Source: an uncultured Lentisphaerales bacterium
Lineage (GTDB): Bacteria > Verrucomicrobiota > Lentisphaeria > JABSQK01 > UBA12247
NCBI GenBank assembly: GCA_943788985.1
Contig: CALSSJ010000017.1
Location: 156,068-220,067 of the forward strand
Reading direction: 5' to 3'
DNA length: 64,000 nucleotides
Below, in pieces: positions 53,832 through 62,965 of the stretch (position 1 is the stretch's first letter; every line of letters starts with the position of its first letter). Both the position numbers and the translations under genes were made by a program. The notes beneath the pieces were generated by a model. The model made no database searches and was not told the DNA's origin. It saw only the letters and a list, made by a program, of their open reading frames with translations.

Positions 53832-54758
53832 TCAGTGAGTGTCCAGGATTGTGTAGGTGTGCTGCCAGGTCGTAGATTGTCCGGGGGCAAGACGGATTTC
53901 GACAAAGGGCTCCGGGCAAACGGCACCGGGGGCGGCGAAGAAGTGGTAGCGGACGATGGGCCGGTCACCGATGATGCGCAGGCCCAAAGCGCTTGCTGCA
54001 TGACGAACAGTTACCTGATTGTCGGAGATGGCACCGTTGAAGCCATCGAGCATCGCGAATACCGGGCTGTTCAGTGGCTGCCGAAAGGTCAGGGTATTGC
54101 CAGAGAGGCAAGCCGGACTGTCCAAATCGAACGCCGGCCCGGGAGCGAATGGAAAGGTGAGATCGTAGCCGGGCCCAACGTGCTGACGGTTGAAGGAAAT
54201 GAAGTTGTGCGAGTAGTGGGTCTGGTGGATGGGCTTGTAACCGATGTTGGTCAGCGTATGCCGGGTAACGAAGCCCGGCTGATCTGGCGATAGTGCGATG
54301 GTGTGCGTGTAATCGTAGCCAAACCCGTTGAAGCTCAGTGCCTGCCGCATCGCAATGCGCGCACCGTCGATTTCGGTCTGCCAGGGCGCGGTGTCGATCA
54401 GTTCGTAGGTCCCGGAAAATTCATAGGGACGGTCGTCAGGGCGGCGCAGTATGCCGACGCCGATCTTCATGAATCCATCGCCAGGTCGTGCCTCGTCGAA
54501 TCCCAGCGGCGGCGGCATCCCAGCTGTCCCCATGCCAAACTCGCCAGCGGTTCCGCTGACATTGTCGTGCAGGCTCAGCGACAATCGACCGGGCTGCCAG
54601 GGACCGAACAGGTGGTGCGCACCGCAGGTGACATCGCTGATGATTCCTGCCCACGAAAAGCGCGTGCCGCAATAGGTGTCAGGCGCTCCGGGCCGAGACA
54701 GCGTAAGGGTGAGATGCTCGTTGGAAAGCCGTGCGAAGGAGGCCGGGGTGGTTGTCAT
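53832..54758 (-). CDS. Aldose-1-epimerase-like hypothetical protein
   Basis: YCGTRFSWAG, KIGVG, HTLTNIG...YSHNF, CPEPF. Confidence 0.65.
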   Translation of the reverse strand: MTTTPASFARLSNEHLTLTLSRPGAPDTYCGTRFSWAGIISDVTCGAHHLFGPWQPGRLSLSLHDNVSGTAGEFGMGTAGMPPPLGFDEARPGDGFMKIGVGILRRPDDRPYEFSGTYELIDTAPWQTEIDGARIAMRQALSFNGFGYDYTHTIALSPDQPGFVTRHTLTNIGYKPIHQTHYSHNFISFNRQHVGPGYDLTFPFAPGPAFDLDSPACLSGNTLTFRQPLNSPVFAMLDGFNGAISDNQVTVRHAASALGLRIIGDRPIVRYHFFAAPGAVCPEPFVEIRLAPGQSTTWQHTYTILDTH

Positions 54759-54971
54759 AGGTGCGAAGCTGGCAGATACGTTTGCGTAAGAATTTCCATG
54801 TGTTCAGGGCACAAGGCAGTCTAGTGGATTGCTTGATCAGAACCGGTGCAAGGGAGCCGCAAAGCGGATTTCCTGCCCTGGAACCGCATCACAGATGACC
54901 ATGCCAGCCAGAGCGCCTCCGTCAAGGACTACAGTCGGAGAGAAGCGCTTGGGAAATGGCGAACAGGGCAA

Positions 54972-55017
54972 CTTGACAGGCCAATGGAATGAGGATATAT
55001 ATTTGCATATCAATCAA
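54972..55017 (+). promoter_or_regulatory. Sigma70-like promoter with GATAT-N8-ATATC operator, copy 2
   Basis: CTTGACAGG at 54972; GATATATATTTGCATATC at 54994-55011, same 22-nt offset as copy 1. Confidence 0.7.
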
Positions 55018-55036
55018 GGTGGCACTGAGGACATGC

Positions 55037-57724
55037 ATGGTCGATAGCAAGAGATTACGGGTTCGTAGCACTGTGGCGGTGGTGTTGCTGCTGCTGGCGG
55101 CTGTTGGTGCGCTCGCAGAGTCCGTACCGGATCCGCAACAGATCAAGGTGTCGATTACCAGGTTTTACGACCCGAATACACCGGACGAGGCCCACACGCG
55201 CAGGCTCCTGGATCTGGCCAAGTCGCATCCCGAGCTGCAGTTGGAGCAGTGGGGGGGCATCCAGTTGCCCGGAGGTGGCGCGAAGGCGAGCCTGATGATG
55301 GCCATCGCTGGTAAGACTGCGCCGGATATCGGCGAGTCGTGGTTCCACATCATCGGCAATGAAATCCGCAATGGCTTTCTGCACCCGCTCAACGAGTGGA
55401 TCGGGGAGGATACCGACGGCAACGGCATCATTGATGACGACGAGACGACGTGGGAGCCGTGGAAGAAGGTGCCGCCGCTCTGGCGCAAGGTGGCTATGCA
55501 TGAGGGCAAGGTCTACGGCATTCCCCAGGCGACGCACTACCAGATGGGTGTGATCTTTCGGACCGATATGGTCCGCGCGGCGGGATTGAATCCAAACACG
55601 CCGCCCCAGACGTGGGACGAGCTGATGCACTGGTGCCACAAGCTGACCAACCCGGCCAAGAAGATCCCCGGCGCCAAGACCGCCCGGGGCCAACGGGGCA
55701 TCGCACTGCAGCCCTACGGATTCACCTTTCTGCCATGGATTCAGTCGGCTGGGGGCGATCCGATTGTACGGGTCAAGACCAGCCCAAGCACAGGAGAGAA
55801 GTATACCTTCGCGCCCGATACTACTGCCTTTGTGACGCCGGACGGGGAAGATCTGGCGCAGGTCCCTGGCGAATGGCGGGCCGACTTCACCTCACCCGCA
55901 GCCATGGCCGCAGCAAAACACTACCACGACATTATCTGGAAAAAGTGGCTGGTCGATCCAGAGAGCGGCGCGGCGATCGATCTGACCCGGGATGACATCG
56001 CCCGTAAGGCTGTCGATGTCGACGGCCGAACGGTCAGCTTTGGCGACGAGGACATCATCACCGGCGTGGGCCGGGCGCAAACCGGGCAGCGCGGCGAGGG
56101 GGCGTTCAACTATCTCGCGCGTGGCGAAGTGGCGATGCTCACCTGGTTTGTCTCGGATCTCAACTCCATCGGGCAATCGACCGGAATCTCGCCAGACTTG
56201 CTGTCGTGGTTTCCGTTTCCAGCTGGCCCCGGCGAAGATGCCCGGCGGGTCGTCCAGGTGCAGAATCACTATGCCGTGATGTACGAGGGCGTGGGGCGCC
56301 GTTCGAAAGCAGAGCGAGATATGGTCTGGAAGGCGCTCACGGCTGTGACCGATGAGGAGGTGCGCAGCAACGCCACGCGCGAGAAAGTGCTCTCGGGCCT
56401 GGCCCGGTTCGTGCACCCGAATGAGCTGAAGCGCCTGGGCTACGAAGAATACCTGCAGGATGTGCCCCTGGCCGTCCGCAAGAACTATGAGGAGCTGGAC
56501 AACGGCACCATCTCAACGCAAACTGAGCCCTACATGGGCTTCTGGTGGACGATTGACCAGGCGCTGAACAATGAGGCGCTGAGCCTGATTATCGCCCAGA
56601 CCGGGGAGGCGTTCGACTATGAGGCGGCCTTGACTGAGGTGCACCGCAAGGCGAACAGCGGTGTGATGTTTCAGATGAGCCGCGAAGAACTCGACGCCTA
56701 TCGTCCGTACGCACGGGTGGTGCTGGTGCTTGTGGTCGCAGTCATGGCCTTCCTGGTCGTCAAGATTATCCGGCAGAACCTGAAGAAGGCAGGTTCGGGG
56801 GAAGGACTGGGCGGCCGGGCCGGTGCCCGAAACGTCTACAACAAGTGGCTGGCCTGGGGGATGGTGCTGCCAGCGTTGCTGCTGATTGCCCTGTGGTCGT
56901 ATTATCCGTTGCTGCGCGGCATGGTGATGGCATTCCAGGACTACAAGATTGCCGGTGACTCGCCATTTATCGGCCTCGATAACTTCATCATTCTGGCATG
57001 TGACGCGAGCTTCTGGAAGTCGCTCGGGCGTACCTTCTACTTTGTCGGCTTGAACATGCTGTTCGCCTTCACCGCGCCGATCCTGCTGGCGGTACTACTG
57101 ACCGATGTACCGCGCTTCAAGATCTTCTTCCGCACGCTGTTCTTCCTGCCCCAGATGAGCAGCGGCTTGGTCATTGCCCTGCTGTGGAAGCTGATGTACG
57201 AGCCCACCCCGCAGGGCTTCTTCAACCAGATTATCGCCTTTATCAACTACATCCCGTTCGTCAACATCGACTCTCAGCAATGGTTGCTGGACCCGCAACT
57301 GGCGATGATCTGCGTCGTCCTGCCGACCGTCTGGGCCAGCATGGGCATGGCATCGTTGATCTATCTGGCCGCCCTGGGCTCCATTCCCAAGGACCTCTAC
57401 GAGGCCGCCGAGGTCGATGGCGCATCCATCTGGGGCAAGTTCAAGAACGTGACCATGCCCAGCATCCTGCCGCTGATCATTATCAACTTTGTCGGTGCCT
57501 TCATCGGCACCTTCCAGAACATGGGCAACATCTTTCTGATGACCTTCGGCGGGCCTGGCGAAGCGACCACGGTCGTTGGTCTCAAGATCTGGATCGAAGC
57601 CTACGCCAACCTGCGTTTCAGCATGGCCACCGCCATGGCCTGGATCCTCGGCTCCCTCCTGATTGGGCTCACCTACTTCCAGATCCAGTTCCTGAGCAAG
57701 ATTGAATACAAACGAGCTACATAG
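55037..57724 (+). CDS. Fused extracellular solute-binding protein + MalF-type sugar ABC permease
   Basis: Signal peptide, AGKTAPD, GKVYGIP, PPQTWDEL; C-terminal FIGLDNF and IPKDLYEAAEVDGA EAA loop. Confidence 0.9.
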   Translation: MVDSKRLRVRSTVAVVLLLLAAVGALAESVPDPQQIKVSITRFYDPNTPDEAHTRRLLDLAKSHPELQLEQWGGIQLPGGGAKASLMMAIAGKTAPDIGESWFHIIGNEIRNGFLHPLNEWIGEDTDGNGIIDDDETTWEPWKKVPPLWRKVAMHEGKVYGIPQATHYQMGVIFRTDMVRAAGLNPNTPPQTWDELMHWCHKLTNPAKKIPGAKTARGQRGIALQPYGFTFLPWIQSAGGDPIVRVKTSPSTGEKYTFAPDTTAFVTPDGEDLAQVPGEWRADFTSPAAMAAAKHYHDIIWKKWLVDPESGAAIDLTRDDIARKAVDVDGRTVSFGDEDIITGVGRAQTGQRGEGAFNYLARGEVAMLTWFVSDLNSIGQSTGISPDLLSWFPFPAGPGEDARRVVQVQNHYAVMYEGVGRRSKAERDMVWKALTAVTDEEVRSNATREKVLSGLARFVHPNELKRLGYEEYLQDVPLAVRKNYEELDNGTISTQTEPYMGFWWTIDQALNNEALSLIIAQTGEAFDYEAALTEVHRKANSGVMFQMSREELDAYRPYARVVLVLVVAVMAFLVVKIIRQNLKKAGSGEGLGGRAGARNVYNKWLAWGMVLPALLLIALWSYYPLLRGMVMAFQDYKIAGDSPFIGLDNFIILACDASFWKSLGRTFYFVGLNMLFAFTAPILLAVLLTDVPRFKIFFRTLFFLPQMSSGLVIALLWKLMYEPTPQGFFNQIIAFINYIPFVNIDSQQWLLDPQLAMICVVLPTVWASMGMASLIYLAALGSIPKDLYEAAEVDGASIWGKFKNVTMPSILPLIIINFVGAFIGTFQNMGNIFLMTFGGPGEATTVVGLKIWIEAYANLRFSMATAMAWILGSLLIGLTYFQIQFLSKIEYKRAT

Positions 57725-57743
57725 AGGTTTCGGGCGTCGGGGA

Positions 57744-57864
57744 ATGACGTTGTTGACCGGATTGACGGGATTGACAGCGACGTTAGCAACGTCAATACGG
57801 TCAATCGTGTCCCCCGACACCCGACACCTGAAACCTGACACCCGACACCTGACACCTGACACCT
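57744..57864. repeat. 9-nt-period TTGAC/GTCAA inverted array followed by 7 copies of CCYGAMA
   Basis: TTGAC at 57753, 57762, 57771; GTCAA at 57791, 57800; heptamers at 57813-57861. Confidence 0.85.
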
Positions 57865-57874
57865 CTCCCCCACT

Positions 57875-60049
57875 ATGTCACATCTATCCACAGTTGGTCG
57901 TAAGCACTGGAAAAGCCGCGCTTACTTAGTATTCATCTACGCGGCGCTCGTCTTTATGGGCATTACCATGGTCGTGCCGTTTCTGATCACGATCAGCGGC
58001 AGTACCACGAGCGATTTTGATTATCAGCGCTTCCGCCCGGTTCCACGCTTTCTGTTCAGCGAAGAAGACCGCTATGTAAAGGCTCTGGGCAAATACTTCA
58101 ATTTGTACCGGAACTGGGACAGGCAACTGCACGCCTACTTCCCCGAGGCGCCCGAAACATGGAGTTCCTGGCTCAAGATTGGCGAAGACATCCCAGCCAG
58201 CGATGCCCTCGCCGCCGAGCGCCTGGCTGCCGTGCGGGCAGACCGCGAGACCGCCAATCGGATCGCAGCCGACTACTCGGCCTTCACCGACCGCTATCCA
58301 ATGATGGACACACAGATCGTTGCTGAGCAGATTCAGAGCATCGATTTCCTCCGAGACTATTACGAAAAGCAAGTGATTCGCGACAACCCCGGAACCTCCT
58401 ACAGCGGCGGGGAATTGCGGTGGGAATCGCTCCAGGCCCTATCAAAAGCCTGGGACACACCGTTCAGCAGTTACTACACCATCAAGTTCCTGTCGGAAAT
58501 GCGCTATCCCATGGGCTTTCAGGGCTGGTATCCGCCGGCCATGGAGCCTAAGTACGTCGACTTCCTGCGCGTCAAAGACGCCTACCGAAGCCAGATGTTT
58601 GTGCCCGGCGTTCGAGAGGCATGGCAGACAGAGGCAACCGAGCAGGGGCTGGAGACGGGCTTTCCCGTGACCAGCGATGCGCCCGTCGCAGTGCGCGAGG
58701 CCTGGGCCGCATTCAAAGCCCGCCAAGCTCCCGCCTCAATGGCTGTTCCCTTTGCCCTGCGCGCAGAGTGGTACCAGTTTCTTACAACCAGTGACAAAGC
58801 ACTGGAAATCGCTGGATTGGGCCCAAGCGAAAGCTTCACAATCGATGTCTACAACCGGCTGGCCGGCACCACCTATCAGGCCATCAACATCACGCCCTTT
58901 CCCGTTCCCGAGGAGTTCACCCCGGGGATACAGCCCCTCTGGGAGTACTTCCGCAAAGAGAAATACCCATTGCGGTTGACGCAGATTGATCTGGATGCAA
59001 CGATCCAGCAGCAATACGCCGCCTTTCTGGCCAAGGAGATCAAGGTCCTGCGGGTCGCCAACGAACTGCTTGGCACCGAACACACGGCGTGGGATCAGTT
59101 CCAAGTCACCGCAAAGGCCCCCGAGGGCTTCACCGAATTCCAGCAGAACGCACGCTCCGTCTGGATGAACTTCCTCAAGTCCTTGCCGACCGACAAGCGC
59201 ATCGTCTCCTCCTCCGAGATTGCCTACCAGGCCTTCTTGCTGCAGAACTATGGCAGCCTGGCAGCAGTGAACGAAGCGTATGGCTGGAACCTGACCCGGA
59301 TCGAGGAGGCCTTCCCGCCACTTGCCACGGCCTACACGATTACCTTCATCCAAAACCAGAAGGCCTTAACCACCGCGCCGATCCTGGCCAACTATCGGCT
59401 GATCTTCGACTTCCTGGTCCTCAATGGCAATGCGCTGTGGGTCACCTTTGTGCTGGTCTTGCTCGTCATCGTGGCAACCCTCACGATTAACCCGCTGTGC
59501 GCCTACGCCCTGAGCCGCTTCAATTTGCCAGGGCAGACCAAGATCATCCTCTTTATGCTCGCCACCATGGCCTTCCCCGCGATGGTCTCGGCCATTCCCG
59601 CCTACCTGCTCATGCGCGACCTGAACCTGCTCAATACCTTCTTTGCGCTCGTCTTACCCGGGGCCGCCAATGGCATGGCCATCTTCATCCTCAAAGGCTT
59701 CTTCGACTCGTTGCCGCAAGAGCTGTTCGAAGCCGCTACAATTGACGGTGCCAAGGAGCTTCAAATCTTCAAAATGGTGGCCATGCCGATGGTTAAGCCT
59801 ATCCTGGCCATCAACTGCATCACCGCCTTCATCGGGGCCTACAATGGCTGGGAGTGGGCGCTCATCATCTGCCAGGATCAGGACATGTGGACGCTTGCGG
59901 TCTGGATGTACCAAGCCTCCCAATGGTGGCAGGACATGCCTTGGATCGTCAGTGCAGGCTTTGTCATCGTCTCCATCCCCACTATGGTCGTTTTTCTCTC
60001 CTGCCAGAAGATCATCCTCAAGGGGATTGTCATTCCCTCAATGAAGTAG
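57875..60049 (+). CDS. MalG-type sugar ABC permease with a ~450-aa periplasmic insert
   Basis: N-terminal TM; C-terminal AYALSRF, FFDSLPQELFEAATIDGA. Confidence 0.9.
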   Translation: MSHLSTVGRKHWKSRAYLVFIYAALVFMGITMVVPFLITISGSTTSDFDYQRFRPVPRFLFSEEDRYVKALGKYFNLYRNWDRQLHAYFPEAPETWSSWLKIGEDIPASDALAAERLAAVRADRETANRIAADYSAFTDRYPMMDTQIVAEQIQSIDFLRDYYEKQVIRDNPGTSYSGGELRWESLQALSKAWDTPFSSYYTIKFLSEMRYPMGFQGWYPPAMEPKYVDFLRVKDAYRSQMFVPGVREAWQTEATEQGLETGFPVTSDAPVAVREAWAAFKARQAPASMAVPFALRAEWYQFLTTSDKALEIAGLGPSESFTIDVYNRLAGTTYQAINITPFPVPEEFTPGIQPLWEYFRKEKYPLRLTQIDLDATIQQQYAAFLAKEIKVLRVANELLGTEHTAWDQFQVTAKAPEGFTEFQQNARSVWMNFLKSLPTDKRIVSSSEIAYQAFLLQNYGSLAAVNEAYGWNLTRIEEAFPPLATAYTITFIQNQKALTTAPILANYRLIFDFLVLNGNALWVTFVLVLLVIVATLTINPLCAYALSRFNLPGQTKIILFMLATMAFPAMVSAIPAYLLMRDLNLLNTFFALVLPGAANGMAIFILKGFFDSLPQELFEAATIDGAKELQIFKMVAMPMVKPILAINCITAFIGAYNGWEWALIICQDQDMWTLAVWMYQASQWWQDMPWIVSAGFVIVSIPTMVVFLSCQKIILKGIVIPSMK

Positions 60050-60186
60050 CGGCTCCGCCCTGGCTTTGGCGTCAGCCACCGGTCGGTGTCGCTCTGCCCT
60101 GAAGGTCTTTCTTGCGCGAGCCAGATCAATGGTCCGCAGGACCTCCAGCGGGCAACTCTCCCACACGGGGATACTGGGGATCTGAG

Positions 60187-60309
60187 GTAGGCTGACCGGC
60201 CAGGTCGACCCCAAGATAGAGCGTCAGAGACTGCCGGGAGAATGGTAGACTTGCGAGGTAAGCAACCATTCTCCCATTCGCATTGGGGCGACCTGGCAGG
60301 TCGCCCTAC
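60187..60309. repeat. REPIN-like hairpin: inverted GTAG REP pair with an inner palindrome
   Basis: GTAGGCTGACCGGCCAGGTCGACCCCAA vs reverse complement GTAGGGCGACCTGCCAGGTCGCCCCAA; inner GGGAGAATGGT...ACCATTCTCCC. Confidence 0.7.
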
Positions 60310-60502
60310 ATCCGGCGCCACTTTCAGAGCTGACTTGCACCGGCCACACCAATCATTCAGTGGTGCCCTGATTTTCTACCGTGCCTGCCCAGACGCGGCC
60401 CAAACCGTAACCCACAATCAGATACTTTGTCGTCGCATCAATAGCTCGGGGAGATCTTTTCTCTACGCTCAGCCGCCAGCTCGAATCGCATTCCCGGGCG
60501 CC

Positions 60503-61656
60503 TCAGCGAAATATGATGACGGTTCCACCGGGCAACTCGGTGATCGTCAGATCAATGGATGAACCAGAGTCAACAAGGGTCCCGGCCCAGCCAGCTGGCA
60601 GAGTCAGCCCGAGGTCTGCAACATCGCCAGACAGCGTCCCGGCGTAGTCGAACAGGACAACCGTCCCAAGGGACTTACGCGTGTCAGCTGGCACGTCGGC
60701 GATGACGACTGTGCCCGGCGTGCCGGAGATGTAGAGGCGTTCCGGCACGATCTGGTCGCTGGGCCCGCTTCGCCCACCTCAAACTGAAAGGTCCCGCCAG
60801 TCAGGCTCAAGCCCGCACCCGCGACCGTCAGCGTGCCGACGCCGCCGTCGCCCGGAGCGACCGTGGCGCCGTCCGAGCGGATCGACCGGGACTCGGCCTT
60901 TACGCCTTCGTCCATCTGCACCGTGCCTGTCCCGCTGAGGGTCTGCGTCGGCAGCAGAAAATAACCAGTCGGGGCGGCGAACGGCGTGAGGTCCAGATCC
61001 CACTCGCCGTTGACGATAATGCTGGTGGAACCCAGCGAGGTGACGTGCTGAGACATCTGCAACACGCCGCTGTCGATGCGGGTCTCGCCCGTGTAGTCGT
61101 ATGTACCGCTTTGGAAGTAGACGTCGTTTCCGTCGTTGGAACCCGCCGCAGACGTGGTGCTGACACTGTCGCCGGTGATGGTCACCCCGCCCACCCCGGT
61201 GATGCCGCGATCCACGCGGATTGCTGACATCCCCGCCACGTCGATGGCGATCGTGTCCGTGGCGACCAATTGGGCGTTGAAACGCAGCTGGTTCGTGCTG
61301 GCACCATTGACTTCCGCCGTACTGCCATTGTTATCAAAGACCAGCGTCTGCGTGGTTTGCAAAACGATGATAGCGTCGCCCTCACTGGTGTTGACATTCA
61401 GCACCCCCACGGTGGTCGGGATCTGACGCAGCTGAATGGTCCGCGTGCCGAAAGCGGTCGTTGGCCAGTTGGCGAGGATGTTTGCGGTATCGCCGGCGGC
61501 ATTGGGGGTACCTGCACCTCCCCAGTTTGCAGAGAGGTCCCAGCGCGCGTCGTTATTGCCGCCTGCGCCGGTTGTCCAGGTAAAGTCTGCTGCATGCACG
61601 GGGAGAATCGCCCCCGTGATGAGCACTGCGCAGATCAGGCTTGTTAGTCGTTTCAT
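60503..61656 (-). CDS. Secreted beta-helix (autotransporter-passenger-like) protein, frameshift near 60762
   Basis: Signal peptide, WTTGAG..WDLSANW, YTGETRIDSGVL, VAPGDGGVGTLTV; ends ELPGGTVIIFR. Confidence 0.75.
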
Positions 61657-61658
61657 GG

Positions 61659-62804
61659 TCAAATTCCCTCCGTGTCGGATGTGGAGCCCTGCTGCCAATA
61701 CGGAAGTGGCGAGGCGAGGGCCAGGTCGTGTGGGTCAATATTGGTTGGGTTGCGCGTGATGCCCGCCTGCTCTCCCGCGAACAAGGCGGGCAGCATCATG
61801 CGTTCGGCCACCTCTTCGCCGCGCCGCAGCCGGTCAATCTCATCCATCGCCGTCAGCAGCAGCTGGCGGATGTCGTAGCCGAGTCGACGAACTGGCAGAA
61901 TGTCAGTCCCGGTGCTCGGAAAATTTGTGTGCCCGATGACCTCGAGGTCATCGGGGAGCCGGAGGCCGGATTTAATGAGCCCGCGGCAGGCGTGATCGAG
62001 CAGGTTGTCATCGGCCACGACCAGGCCGTCGGGCCGTTCGCTGGCTGGCCCCCGCAGCAGCAGTTGCACCAGGTTGTCGGTCCACTCAGGGTGCAGCAGG
62101 TCGACCGACTGCACGTGGCTGGCGTCAATGCTTAGCCCGAATTCGGCAGCGAGATCCGGCAGAGATTGCTCAGTCCACGAGTGGAGGCCGGGGGCACAAA
62201 CCACCGCGATGCGGCGACGCCCGGATGCATACAGATGTTCGAATGCTCGCTGCCAGAACTGGCGACTGTGAAAGCCGATGGTAGGAATCCTCGGGCGATC
62301 CGTGTGATAGAGCGACACGGCCGGGAGCCCTGGCGTATTGAGCAGCGGTGTGTCGACGGCCAGCTCCGGCGTGAAACAAAAAATCAGTCCGGCCAACTTC
62401 TGAGCGGCGACTTCCGCCAGCAGCTCTTCATACTCCTGGCTGTGGAATTCCGGCGCAATACACGGCCGTACGGTCACTGTGCGGTGTGTGGTCCGTGTGA
62501 GCTCACCCGCCAGACGGTCGAGGGTCTCCCAGAACAGGTTCTGCCACTGCCCTGGCACGCGCTTGGAGTAGATCAGCAGCGCATAGTTGCTCAGGTGCGG
62601 TGGGTTCACCACCACAAAGGTTCCGCGGCGCGGAAAGGACTCGATGAAGCCCTCTTCGGCCAACCGCGTAAATGCGCGCTGCACCGTGTTGGGCGTGGTC
62701 TCGAAGCGCCGCTCGTACGCCGCCCGCGGTGGCAAACGCTCTCCTGGCTTCAAGGCACCAGAACAGATCTCTGCCTTTACGTGGTCAATAATGGATGCTT
62801 GCAT
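61659..62804 (-). CDS. GntR-HTH + LacI-type sensor transcriptional regulator
   Basis: ICSGALKPGERLP...TVQRAFTRLAEEGFIES.PRRGTFV; RPDGLVVADD...LPDDL. Confidence 0.9.
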   Translation of the reverse strand: MQASIIDHVKAEICSGALKPGERLPPRAAYERRFETTPNTVQRAFTRLAEEGFIESFPRRGTFVVVNPPHLSNYALLIYSKRVPGQWQNLFWETLDRLAGELTRTTHRTVTVRPCIAPEFHSQEYEELLAEVAAQKLAGLIFCFTPELAVDTPLLNTPGLPAVSLYHTDRPRIPTIGFHSRQFWQRAFEHLYASGRRRIAVVCAPGLHSWTEQSLPDLAAEFGLSIDASHVQSVDLLHPEWTDNLVQLLLRGPASERPDGLVVADDNLLDHACRGLIKSGLRLPDDLEVIGHTNFPSTGTDILPVRRLGYDIRQLLLTAMDEIDRLRRGEEVAERMMLPALFAGEQAGITRNPTNIDPHDLALASPLPYWQQGSTSDTEGI

Positions 62805-62843
62805 TGGAACGAGGCCTCAGAGGTGAGATTACATCCCTGTACT

Positions 62844-62904
62844 ATCGCAGCGAACTGCATTGATGTCAAGTAGATTTAGTTAATTCGATAGCAGCGAGTT
62901 GCAT
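62844..62904. promoter_or_regulatory. Divergent promoter region with a 17-nt direct repeat
   Basis: ATCGCAGCGAACTGCAT (62844-62860) and ATAGCAGCGAGTTGCAT (62888-62904); TTGACA on the minus strand at 62864-62869. Confidence 0.5.
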
Positions 62905-62965
62905 CCACGCCCTGTAAGCGTAAATTCGACCATGACCATGATCGTACCATGCCAGGAGTGAGGCG

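Noticed and set aside
57744..57864. Possible CRISPR array
   Set aside because: Units are 7-9 nt with no 25-45 nt repeats or unique spacers, and no cas genes are present
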